From an uncultured Bacteroidales bacterium (GTDB lineage: Bacteria; Bacteroidota; Bacteroidia; Bacteroidales; S143-33), in contig CAZYSM010000010.1 of assembly GCA_964649975.1 (NCBI GenBank), positions 1,964-65,963 of the forward strand: a DNA stretch of 64,000 bases, written 5' to 3'. A program made the position numbers and the translations under genes. The notes below the pieces were generated by a model. The model was not told where the DNA came from, ran no database searches, and worked only from the letters and a program-made list of their open reading frames with translations. Shown here piece after piece: positions 41,314-49,636 of the stretch (its first letter is position 1; the number at the start of each line of letters is the position of its first letter).

Positions 41314-41319
41314 CCTCCT
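41314..41319 (-). promoter_or_regulatory. Shine-Dalgarno-like AGGAGG 8 nt upstream of the clpB ATG
   Basis: The minus strand reads AAAAAAGGAGGAATTGCCTATG. None of about 10 other gene starts I inspected in this window has a comparable purine core. Confidence 0.5.
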
Positions 41320-41438
41320 TTTTTGTTTTGTCACCCCAAAAGAACAAAATCCTTGCCCAAAGAACCGGAAAACACAACATACTGATTTACAAAACAATAA
41401 AAAGCAAAACTAGACTGTCAAAATGTCAGCAAAACAAT

Positions 41439-41468
41439 AAAAAAAGCGGGACTAACCGTCAGTCCCGC
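41439..41468 (-). terminator. Rho-independent terminator ending the 46405-41500 two-gene unit
   Basis: On the minus strand: GCGGGACT, a 7-nt loop, AGTCCCGC (a perfect 8-bp stem, 41446..41453 with 41461..41468), then T7. Confidence 0.75.
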
Positions 41469-41499
41469 TTTTCAGCAATCATATCAAGAACATTCTCCA

Positions 41500-42366
41500 T
41501 CACTTACAGAAAGAATCAAAGAAATCGGTGAAAATTCTTAAAAATCCGGTAGTTGCAAGGATATAAAAAATCAGGTTAAGGATGAATAAAATCCAGATCA
41601 CGGTTTTAGCGCCAGTAATTTTTTTACGGTTGTTCTCTACTTTTTCGTAAAGCTCTTCCTGAGCAATCAATACCTGATTGATTTTTGTGAGTATCTGGTC
41701 GGTCTGGTCAGCAGTAAAATCCTTAACGTTTTTCTCAGCCTCATTAACCCGTGTATTAAGAGATGATAGCTTATTATCAATATTATCCAGGCGCTTAGGG
41801 AAATTAACGCTCTCAATAACCTGTGTAAGCTGTGCGGTTTTCTCAGCTAATTCCAGATAACTTTCCAGTACTTTTTGTTCCTTTTCCAGATTTTTCTGAT
41901 GTTCTTGAGCAACACTATCCAGGGATTTTACGGACTTATTGGTATATTCCTCCAAAAGCTTACGCTGCTTATCCAGGGTGGTATTAACCTCGCTAACAAG
42001 CTTATCTACCAATTTTTTATTATCAGCCACAACAGTATCAACGACTTTTTTGACCAGATCCTCGCTCTGGGCAGAGAGCTCAGAAAATTTGGATAAAATT
42101 CCTTCTTCCTCTTTCAGTCTTTCCTGAAAGGCCATAAAAAGCTTGGTAAGATTCTCCTCAGTGAGCTTGTAAGTTTTGTTCATATAATCCGAGACCAGGC
42201 TCTGCAACTTTTTTAATACATCAGAATATTTTTCGGTAAGGTTCTGCCCTAATTCCACAACATCCTTGCTCAATTTACCAGCGTGCGCAATTTGTTCCGA
42301 AGCACTTTTGAGCTTTTTAAGCTCTTCCTGCAATTTAAGCAGCTCAATATTTATCTGCTCAATCAT
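41500..42366 (-). CDS. Tail-anchored coiled-coil protein, unknown function
   Basis: 288 aa. About 255 aa show heptad-like, Lys/Glu/Leu/Gln-rich helical sequence. A single C-terminal TM helix follows (TVIWILFILNLIFYILATTGFL). There is no signal peptide. The start lies 13 nt after the stop of the 1341-aa gene. Confidence 0.6.
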   Translation of the reverse strand: MIEQINIELLKLQEELKKLKSASEQIAHAGKLSKDVVELGQNLTEKYSDVLKKLQSLVSDYMNKTYKLTEENLTKLFMAFQERLKEEEGILSKFSELSAQSEDLVKKVVDTVVADNKKLVDKLVSEVNTTLDKQRKLLEEYTNKSVKSLDSVAQEHQKNLEKEQKVLESYLELAEKTAQLTQVIESVNFPKRLDNIDNKLSSLNTRVNEAEKNVKDFTADQTDQILTKINQVLIAQEELYEKVENNRKKITGAKTVIWILFILNLIFYILATTGFLRIFTDFFDSFCK

Positions 42367-42379
42367 AATTTCTTTAGTT

Positions 42380-45300
42380 TTAGGTTAAATCAATAAATTG
42401 TTTATTAAAATCCCTTAACCAGGATGTAAATATTTTCAGATGGAAAAGTTTTTCCACTTTGGCTTTAAGTTCAAAGTTATAATTTTCAAGTGTAAATAAC
42501 AATCCATCAATTCTCTCAATGAATTTTTCCACATCAGCATCATAGGTTTTCCTCCACAAATTCAAAGCCATAGCCATATCATCCAGCGCCTGAGAAATCT
42601 TAGCTTCATCATTCTCATTAATAATCAACCCAGCCCATCCACGCATTAATAGTGCTACGTAATCTCCAGGGTTCTGCTGCAACAAAATATCAGCGGTATT
42701 ATATAAATGTTTAAGATTGGATTTAAAAATTCCCACCTTCTGGATAAAATAGTCAATAATTTTAATCCAGTCCTGCTTAACTGCTTTTTTACGTTCTTCC
42801 AGGTCAAAAATATATTTAGCCCTGAAATAATTAGAAATAATGTATTTACACCGCTGCACATCCCCGTTTTGCATAAAGGTATCAATCATACGCGAAAGGT
42901 CAGATATAGCTTCATATCTACGAGGAATAATATAAGTGTATTCAAAAGAAATCCAGTAATTAAGCACTTTTTGCACAAATGTATCGCCTTTAAATCCAGG
43001 CACTTTCTGAAAAGTCTCCAATGCTTTTTCCTTGGAGACAAAAGTTAAAATACGTTTATAAATCCGGTGCAAATATTTATCATCGGAAAGCTTACGCAAT
43101 TTGATAACAAAATGACGGCTGCGGAAATCAATAATATAATCTTCGGCCAATCCTACAACCAGTAAATAATAGATCAAACGGTATGTATCGTCAAAAGTGC
43201 GCAAGCGCAAGAAAATCTCTTCTAATTTATCTTTGTTCTTACGGACAAATTTTTTATCAGTATACAGGAGGATAAAATCGTAAAAAGTCTCTAAATCGGG
43301 ATTTGCCAGTATCATACGGTTAAAATCCTCACGTGAAATTTTATCCTTACCTGCAAGCTTTACCAGATCGTCATAAATATCATTTGTAAAATCCACAATA
43401 ATACTGGCGGTTTCGTCTTCTTTCATATTAACCAGACGGGAAATAATGGTTTCGGAAGGCGTCTCCACTGTTTCATCCATAATCAGCAGAAAGTCCTGGG
43501 GTCTGGCAACAACCTGCCTTATTTCATAATCAATGAATGCAAGGATATTATCAGCAAGTTTTTTCTTGAGCGCACTGGCCTGATTATCAATAGTATTTTC
43601 TTTAAGATTAATTACACCAAGAATATCCTCCTGGTCATAGACATACAAAGAAGTAGGTGTTTGCTCAGGTTGAGGTTCAAGGGAGACCCATATTCCAAAA
43701 ATCTGATAAACACGTTTAATCAGAATATCTTTAACCGTATCTTTTGGCGAATTAGCCAGCTTGAGAATTTCCTCTACAAGCAAAAAATCTTTTTTTACAT
43801 TTCCGTGCATAGAGGAAAAAAAGCGGCTGGCAACATATTCCTCATAAGGAATTTCCCGTGTTTGTCTGATGGCAACCGGTTCATTACCGGAAATAATATA
43901 TTGTTTCTGGTCAAAATACACGCGGCGTGAGGAAAAAACAAAATTTATTCTTGCTGGCTGCATATCCCTGCCAACCCTCTGGAACAGATATAACAAATCG
44001 GTCATCCCCATAGGGAAGGAAACCACATTAAGATTGTGTATATCTTTTGCATCCAGACCAAAAACAAAATTTCTATTGGCAATAAGCAGATCATCCTCAC
44101 TATCAACAAACTGGCGAAAATGTTCATAAGCCTCCACACTATGACGTGTGTAGAGAGAAGCCGTACCAGAAACAGGCCTATCATTAAATAAAAACAAATC
44201 CTTCTTTACCTTATTAAATAAATTATCGTAATAAAAATCTGGCTTAAGAGTATATATAACAGACTTCTCATCCAGCAAATCATTATCTATCAATAAGTTA
44301 ATTTTATCCTGCTCAACTTTTTCCTCGTCTAATTTGTCCAATGGGACAACATTATCCTGATTATCCTTATATAAAACCACATCAATATTTTCCAGAGGAA
44401 AGACCTCAGAGAAAATATTGTCCTGGGAAATATCCAAAAACAGCTTAACATCTTCGGTGGCATCATAATCAATACCAGAGCTAAGAGCAAGAATTACAGC
44501 ATTTTCAGAACCTGGTAAAAACTTTTTCACATTGTTGCCCAGGCTGTAATAAGCATAATTAAAAGAGGAAGACCAGGAACTAAGGCTCTGTGCCTGGTCC
44601 ACAACAACTGTTGTAAAAAATCCTCCTTTACTTTCAAAAAGTTTTAGATCACTACGGAAATCATTAGAATGGAAAGCTTCGGCAGTGATAAAAACAAATA
44701 AAGCCGAGGCAGAAGCAAATAATTCCCGTCTATGGCGGCAATCATAAACATCATAATAATTCAGGCAAATATACGACACAGCATCAATGCGGAACTCCCG
44801 CAATTTATCCAGCTGATTTAACAGTGCAGGAACAAGCGGTTCCACGATAAGAGCGAATCCAGGACGGAATAAAGCAACTATCTGATAAAGAAGGGTTTTC
44901 TCAGCCACAAAAGAAAAATCTGCCATAGTATTATGCCCCGAGAGTGCCGAGGAAAGGACTTTCATCTGATAGGGATCCAGTATCTGGCGGCGGAAAATAT
45001 TCTTTATGAAATAAAAGAAACTTTCCCTTACTTTTTCCACACGTTCCAGATCGTCCTTGGCAATATTTTCGCCTGGCACAAAGGATTGATATTTCACAGG
45101 TTCAGCTGCGAGGAAAGTCCTATCAGCCTCAATATTACGAGAGGACCGCACTATGGCAAGATTTTCGGAAGCTGTATCAATCTTTTCAACATCCAGGCCT
45201 TTATAACGCAATAGAGAACTGTCAATGACCAGGTCATATTGTTTTGTTGGGTCAAATTCCTCAATCAAAAATTTCTCACCCTGGTAAAGGATATTCAAAG

Positions 45301-46405
45301 CAGCCTCTTCAAATTCCTGGTCATAATATATTTCCAGATGCACCTGAGGGAAATTGCGTCGCACCCCAGCCAGATGGAAAAGATTGTTGAATTTCATAGA
45401 AAGGTCCTGCACAGCCAAAAAAGCCCCAGGTACATCACGTTCAATAACAGCAATATTCCACTCCCCGGCGTTCAAATCCAATTTTCCGGCAAGGATATAT
45501 TGCAGGATAACACGCTGAATGCGCGCTACTTCAAAAGGTGTCAGAGCTATTTGCAATGCATCCATTCCGTAGGCATTGCCATAAACAGGTCGTTCGTAAT
45601 TTTTTCGGACTTCCTCAAAATACTGATTATAAGAAAAATCCACCAGTGGCGCATAATCAATCTTATTGGAATAAAAATCCGACTGTTTCAGATACAGAAT
45701 CCTGCCCCACCCTATATTTGACAGCATCCACGATCTGGAATCATAATCCATTATCTCAGGCCCTTCCACAAGTTTTTTTTCTATTTCAATAGCTAATCCG
45801 CGATACTGATTATCCTCAGCATAAGGCACTTCCAGGACAAAATCCATTGAAGTGTCAATAACCCGGCGTCCCAGAGCCTGATAATAATCTTTGAGTGAAT
45901 GTCTCTTCAAGATTGACAGAAAACTATGGTCAGCATCAATCAGTTGCAGTAAATAATCGCCCACATAGGAAGGGACAGTCTGAAACAAAAATTTCTTTTT
46001 CAAATCAGCTTCAGGGTCATCCTCAAAAGTATAAATCTTCTGAAGGTCATTGGTAGTTATACGCGGATCTATGATATGAAGTGCCCGGAAAATTTCCTCT
46101 TTCAGTTCGTCATTAACAAATGGATATGAGAAAACTCCCCTTTTGTCAACTTGCTTTTTTGTTTTGAAAAAAGTAGCAGAAATAATTTCTTCAATAAAAG
46201 TAGGAGCCAATGTAGGCAGCCCACGAGAAATCAAATTATGGATTACCACAGGGAAAGGGTCATTAGATATGGGGGACAAATCCTGTCCTGCGGCATCAAG
46301 ATCAAAATAAGACAAGTGTTTAATTAAAGCTTCCACGTATTCTCTCTGAGAACCAGCAAACAAAGAAGGTAAAGCCTCAAGAATATATCCTGCTTGCAAT
46401 TGCAT
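42380..46405 (-). CDS. Giant (1341 aa) RecQ-like SF2 pseudo-helicase protein, with an uncharacterised N-terminal region and a long helical C-terminal region
   Basis: Residues ~472-830 align motif by motif with the RecQ helicase core:
- LDPYQ...LSG.
- P-loop position FSFVAEKTLLYQIVAL.
- IVEPLVPALLNQ.
- Walker B VVVDQAQSLSSWSSSFNYAY.
- ALSSGI.
- LFQRVGRD.
The remainder matches no family I recognise. Confidence 0.75.
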   Translation of the reverse strand: MQLQAGYILEALPSLFAGSQREYVEALIKHLSYFDLDAAGQDLSPISNDPFPVVIHNLISRGLPTLAPTFIEEIISATFFKTKKQVDKRGVFSYPFVNDELKEEIFRALHIIDPRITTNDLQKIYTFEDDPEADLKKKFLFQTVPSYVGDYLLQLIDADHSFLSILKRHSLKDYYQALGRRVIDTSMDFVLEVPYAEDNQYRGLAIEIEKKLVEGPEIMDYDSRSWMLSNIGWGRILYLKQSDFYSNKIDYAPLVDFSYNQYFEEVRKNYERPVYGNAYGMDALQIALTPFEVARIQRVILQYILAGKLDLNAGEWNIAVIERDVPGAFLAVQDLSMKFNNLFHLAGVRRNFPQVHLEIYYDQEFEEAALNILYQGEKFLIEEFDPTKQYDLVIDSSLLRYKGLDVEKIDTASENLAIVRSSRNIEADRTFLAAEPVKYQSFVPGENIAKDDLERVEKVRESFFYFIKNIFRRQILDPYQMKVLSSALSGHNTMADFSFVAEKTLLYQIVALFRPGFALIVEPLVPALLNQLDKLREFRIDAVSYICLNYYDVYDCRHRRELFASASALFVFITAEAFHSNDFRSDLKLFESKGGFFTTVVVDQAQSLSSWSSSFNYAYYSLGNNVKKFLPGSENAVILALSSGIDYDATEDVKLFLDISQDNIFSEVFPLENIDVVLYKDNQDNVVPLDKLDEEKVEQDKINLLIDNDLLDEKSVIYTLKPDFYYDNLFNKVKKDLFLFNDRPVSGTASLYTRHSVEAYEHFRQFVDSEDDLLIANRNFVFGLDAKDIHNLNVVSFPMGMTDLLYLFQRVGRDMQPARINFVFSSRRVYFDQKQYIISGNEPVAIRQTREIPYEEYVASRFFSSMHGNVKKDFLLVEEILKLANSPKDTVKDILIKRVYQIFGIWVSLEPQPEQTPTSLYVYDQEDILGVINLKENTIDNQASALKKKLADNILAFIDYEIRQVVARPQDFLLIMDETVETPSETIISRLVNMKEDETASIIVDFTNDIYDDLVKLAGKDKISREDFNRMILANPDLETFYDFILLYTDKKFVRKNKDKLEEIFLRLRTFDDTYRLIYYLLVVGLAEDYIIDFRSRHFVIKLRKLSDDKYLHRIYKRILTFVSKEKALETFQKVPGFKGDTFVQKVLNYWISFEYTYIIPRRYEAISDLSRMIDTFMQNGDVQRCKYIISNYFRAKYIFDLEERKKAVKQDWIKIIDYFIQKVGIFKSNLKHLYNTADILLQQNPGDYVALLMRGWAGLIINENDEAKISQALDDMAMALNLWRKTYDADVEKFIERIDGLLFTLENYNFELKAKVEKLFHLKIFTSWLRDFNKQFIDLT

Positions 46406-46431
46406 ACAAAAACGCGTTTTGAAAATAAGTT

Positions 46432-46459
46432 CAAATTTAATACCACAAACGCCCTACAA
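46432..46459 (-). promoter_or_regulatory. Candidate promoter (TTG-N17-TAAATTTG) for the 1341-aa gene
   Basis: On the minus strand, TAAATTTG is 46439..46432 and TTG is 46459..46457. The -7 box ends 26 nt upstream of ATG 46405. Confidence 0.35.
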
Positions 46460-46521
46460 AAAAGGGCATTAACAAATTTATATAAACATTTTTGATTTCA
46501 AAAGTATTAATTTATAAAAGT

Positions 46522-47763
46522 TTACTTTTGTTTATGTAAATAAAACAATACATTGGCCTTATCCTCAGAAAAAATCATACGAGAATATTCCAGGATGTCT
46601 TCACGGGAAACATTCATATATCGCTGCAAATCAAGACTATATAAAGCAGGATGTGCCATCATTGTGTAAAAAGCAAGATTATATACCCGCGAACGCAAAC
46701 TTATAGTGGAATATATAAATTGGGCTTCAATGTTATTTTTTATTTTTTCAAATTCATTTTCTGAAATCAATTCGTTTTTTAACTTTTGCAGCTGATCGCA
46801 TATAGCTTCATAACCCAGCTGAGGTTTTATCCCGGGTTTTAGCACTCCTTCCACAATAACAAGGCCTGGGTCCTGGGTTCCGGTAATATAAGCATCAATA
46901 TCGGAAAAAATCTCTCTTTCCTTAACCAGGGATCGGAAAAGACGGGATGATTTCCCTTCGGCCAGTATATCAGTGATAATATCAGCAACATAAAAACCGA
47001 ATTCCTTGCGCCCAAAATACGGAAAAGCGATTAAAATTTTATCATAAGGTATATCCCTATAAACTGTTTTGGTGCGTAGTCCGTGCTGAGGGGGCTCTTG
47101 CGGATAAGATCTCACAGGCAGAGGACGGGAGGGGATGTCGCCGAACCACTTATTAACCAAACGCTTAACTTCATCCACAGAAAAATTTCCACCTATGGAC
47201 AGTATAGCGTTATTGGGCCCATAATAGCTATTGAAAAAATCTTTAACCTGCTGAAGGCTTGCCTGCTCAATATGCTTAAAATCCTCGCCTATGACCAGCC
47301 AACGGTAAGGATGCACCTGATAGGCAAGTTTTTTCAACAGTTTATAATCGTCACCATAAGGACGGTTAAGCACAGTTTCCTTATACTCTTCAATGACCAC
47401 GTTTTTTTGTATCTCCAACTTATGTGGATTAAAATCCAGACCCAGCATCCGGTCGGATTCGAGCCACAGGGCTGTTTCAATATTATCCCTGGGAATGGTA
47501 ATATAGTAATTTGTAAAGTCGTAAGTAGTAAAAGCATTGCTTGATCCCCCGGCTTTTTCCAGCACACGGTCAAAATCCGGAATGTTTTGGGAACCTTCAA
47601 ACATAAAGTGCTCAAACAGATGAGCAAAGCCAGTATGATCAGGGCTTTCGTCGCGAGATCCAACCCTGTATAAAACATTCACTACAGCAATGTTAGTAGT
47701 GGCATCCGGATGAAATATAACTGTCAGTCCGTTGTCCAGATAAAAAAGATCAAAGTCAATCAT
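46522..47763 (-). CDS. M16-family (pitrilysin/insulinase-like) zinc peptidase
   Basis: Inverted zinc-binding motif HxxEH in GFAHLFEHFMFEGS, with a downstream Glu region (LESDRM..., EEYKE). Confidence 0.85.
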   Translation of the reverse strand: MIDFDLFYLDNGLTVIFHPDATTNIAVVNVLYRVGSRDESPDHTGFAHLFEHFMFEGSQNIPDFDRVLEKAGGSSNAFTTYDFTNYYITIPRDNIETALWLESDRMLGLDFNPHKLEIQKNVVIEEYKETVLNRPYGDDYKLLKKLAYQVHPYRWLVIGEDFKHIEQASLQQVKDFFNSYYGPNNAILSIGGNFSVDEVKRLVNKWFGDIPSRPLPVRSYPQEPPQHGLRTKTVYRDIPYDKILIAFPYFGRKEFGFYVADIITDILAEGKSSRLFRSLVKEREIFSDIDAYITGTQDPGLVIVEGVLKPGIKPQLGYEAICDQLQKLKNELISENEFEKIKNNIEAQFIYSTISLRSRVYNLAFYTMMAHPALYSLDLQRYMNVSREDILEYSRMIFSEDKANVLFYLHKQK

Positions 47764-47807
47764 TAGTCCGTGGTTTACAAATAAAAAAGCTGATTCCGCG
47801 CAGAGGG

Positions 47808-47815
47808 CAAAGATA
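47808..47815 (-). promoter_or_regulatory. Candidate -7 box TATCTTTG for the M16 peptidase gene
   Basis: The minus strand reads TATCTTTG, 44 nt upstream of ATG 47763. No clear -33 element. Confidence 0.25.
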
Positions 47816-47863
47816 TAAAATTACACGGAACCAGCCTTAAAAAGTGAGGTAAAATAAAAAAAT

Positions 47864-48916
47864 TTATTGACAGCTTTCCAGGAAACTCTCAGCTTCTTTC
47901 ACGCCAAGTTTCAGGGCTTTTTTCCAGTCCTGGCACGCACCTTTAAAATCTTTCACCAGCTCACGAGCACTTCCGCGGTTGGCATAAGCATAACCGTAGT
48001 TAGGATCCAGATCAATAGCTTTGTTATATGCCTTAATAGCGTCATTATATTTTTCCAGTTTAAACAAAGCAGCTCCCAGATTGTTATAAGCCACGGCATA
48101 GTCAGGTTTTATTTCTATAGCCTTTTTGAAGTCTTTGACAGCGCCTTGATAATCACCTTTAAGGAATTTAGCACGTCCGCGGTTGTTCCAGGAAATATAG
48201 TAAGTAGAATCCAGACGGATGGCCTGGGAGTAATCCCTGATAGCTCCGTCGTAATCTTTCATAATGCGCTTAAGTGTTCCGCGGTTATCAAAGTAGAATG
48301 GCAGGTTTGGATTCAATGAAATAGCCTTGTCGTAGTCAGCCAAAGCCTGGTCGTATTTTTTCAACATCCGGCGGGTGCTACCACGGTCATTATAAGCATA
48401 ATCATAATCAGGTTTAATTTCAATAGCCTTAGTATAGCTCTGTTCTGCTCCTTCGTAGTCGCCAAGCTCAAACTGAGCCAGGCCCATATAATAATAAGCA
48501 TTAGCTTCCTTGTATCCTAATTCCACAGCTGTGCGCAGGTCTTTGAGGCCTTCCATATATTTTCCGTTACGCACATAAGCATAACCACGGCTGAAGTATG
48601 CTTTAGAAAGGGAAGGATCCAGCTTAATAGCTTTGGTAAAATCCTCCACTGCACCGTCATAATCTTTCATTTCCATTCTAACACTTCCGCGGTTGAAATA
48701 AGCTTTCGCAAAATTAGGTTTCAATTTGATGGCTTTTGTAAACTGGACAATAGCCGAATCATATTTATTCTGGGAATAAAGTTCAAGACCTTTATTATAA
48801 GCCAATTCAGCCTCTTGTCCTTCGGCAATGACAACAGTAGAATCTCCGGCAGGCTGCTGTGCATAAACGCTTAAAAACAATATTAAGCCCATTATTAAAG
48901 AAAAAAGTTTTTTCAT
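47864..48916 (-). CDS. Secreted tetratricopeptide-repeat protein
   Basis: Trimmed to ATG 48916 (MKKLFSLIMGLILFLSVYAQQ). About nine consecutive 34-aa TPR units follow (AYFNRG..., AYNDRG..., AIEIKPDYA...). Confidence 0.8.
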   Translation of the reverse strand: MKKLFSLIMGLILFLSVYAQQPAGDSTVVIAEGQEAELAYNKGLELYSQNKYDSAIVQFTKAIKLKPNFAKAYFNRGSVRMEMKDYDGAVEDFTKAIKLDPSLSKAYFSRGYAYVRNGKYMEGLKDLRTAVELGYKEANAYYYMGLAQFELGDYEGAEQSYTKAIEIKPDYDYAYNDRGSTRRMLKKYDQALADYDKAISLNPNLPFYFDNRGTLKRIMKDYDGAIRDYSQAIRLDSTYYISWNNRGRAKFLKGDYQGAVKDFKKAIEIKPDYAVAYNNLGAALFKLEKYNDAIKAYNKAIDLDPNYGYAYANRGSARELVKDFKGACQDWKKALKLGVKEAESFLESCQ

Positions 48917-49014
48917 TGTGCTGATGATTTTAATTTTATTCAAACTAAAAAATTCTATCTTTGTCAAAGATAATAGATTTATTTAAAACTTGCCAATTAT
49001 AAAATTTTACAAAA

Positions 49015-49470
49015 ATGATTCAAAGAATACAAAGCTTATATCTTTTAGTGGCCACGGCACTGCTGATAGCAGCCTCATTTATGCCATTTTTCACTCTCAA
49101 TAATGGTGCACTGGTAATAGATGGATTTTATCTTCATTCCAGTGCCGGGGAAAAAATTTTTTCCACTGTTCCGATGAACATAATTTTATGGCTTGGTGCT
49201 TTGCTCTCTTTTATAACCATTTTTCTTTTCAAAAACCGTATTCTGCAAATGCGCATTACCACCTATACGGTAATCATCCTGCTGGGCTTTTATTTATTGC
49301 TGATATATTACCGTTTTATGGCTCTGCCTAAAATTGAAAAGATTGTTTATTCCAAAATGGAAATAGCTTCGTTGTTCCCGGTTATAGGTGCTATTCTGGT
49401 ATATATGGCTAACAGAGCTATAAAGAAAGATGAGGAAAAAGTGCGTTCAATGGACAGGTTTAGAGATTAA
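49015..49470 (+). CDS. DUF4293-like small membrane protein
   Basis: The N-terminus MIQRIQSLYLLVA and the 4-TM layout match my recollection of DUF4293. Confidence 0.55.
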   Translation: MIQRIQSLYLLVATALLIAASFMPFFTLNNGALVIDGFYLHSSAGEKIFSTVPMNIILWLGALLSFITIFLFKNRILQMRITTYTVIILLGFYLLLIYYRFMALPKIEKIVYSKMEIASLFPVIGAILVYMANRAIKKDEEKVRSMDRFRD

Positions 49471-49605
49471 AAGGCCTACTATTTTGGCTTTCCGAAAAGC
49501 AGATTTATACAATAAATTAAGGCTAATTTTTACTCCGGAATTTTATATGACCATTAAGTAACTATATCATTGATTTTCAAAAAAATTATAAACCATCAAA
49601 AATCT

Positions 49606-49636
49606 CCGTCTGATAACAAACAGGCGGGAATTTTTT
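49606..49636 (+). terminator. Possible rho-independent terminator, 136 nt after the DUF4293 stop
   Basis: CCGTCTG, an 8-nt loop, CAGGCGG (7 bp including one G-U pair), then GAATTTTTT. Confidence 0.4.

Noticed and set aside
41306-41380. 25-aa N-terminal extension of clpB
   Set aside because: The canonical ClpB N-terminus ([13 protein letters not shown]...) begins at ATG 41305, which has an AGGAGG 8 nt upstream. The extension would read through that ribosome-binding site.
46451-46467. Weak hairpin GCCCT-ACAAAAA-AGGGC as a terminator of the M16 peptidase gene
   Set aside because: The stem is only 5 bp, and no proper T-run follows it on the minus strand. It also overlaps the putative -33 region of the downstream promoter, so it is not called.
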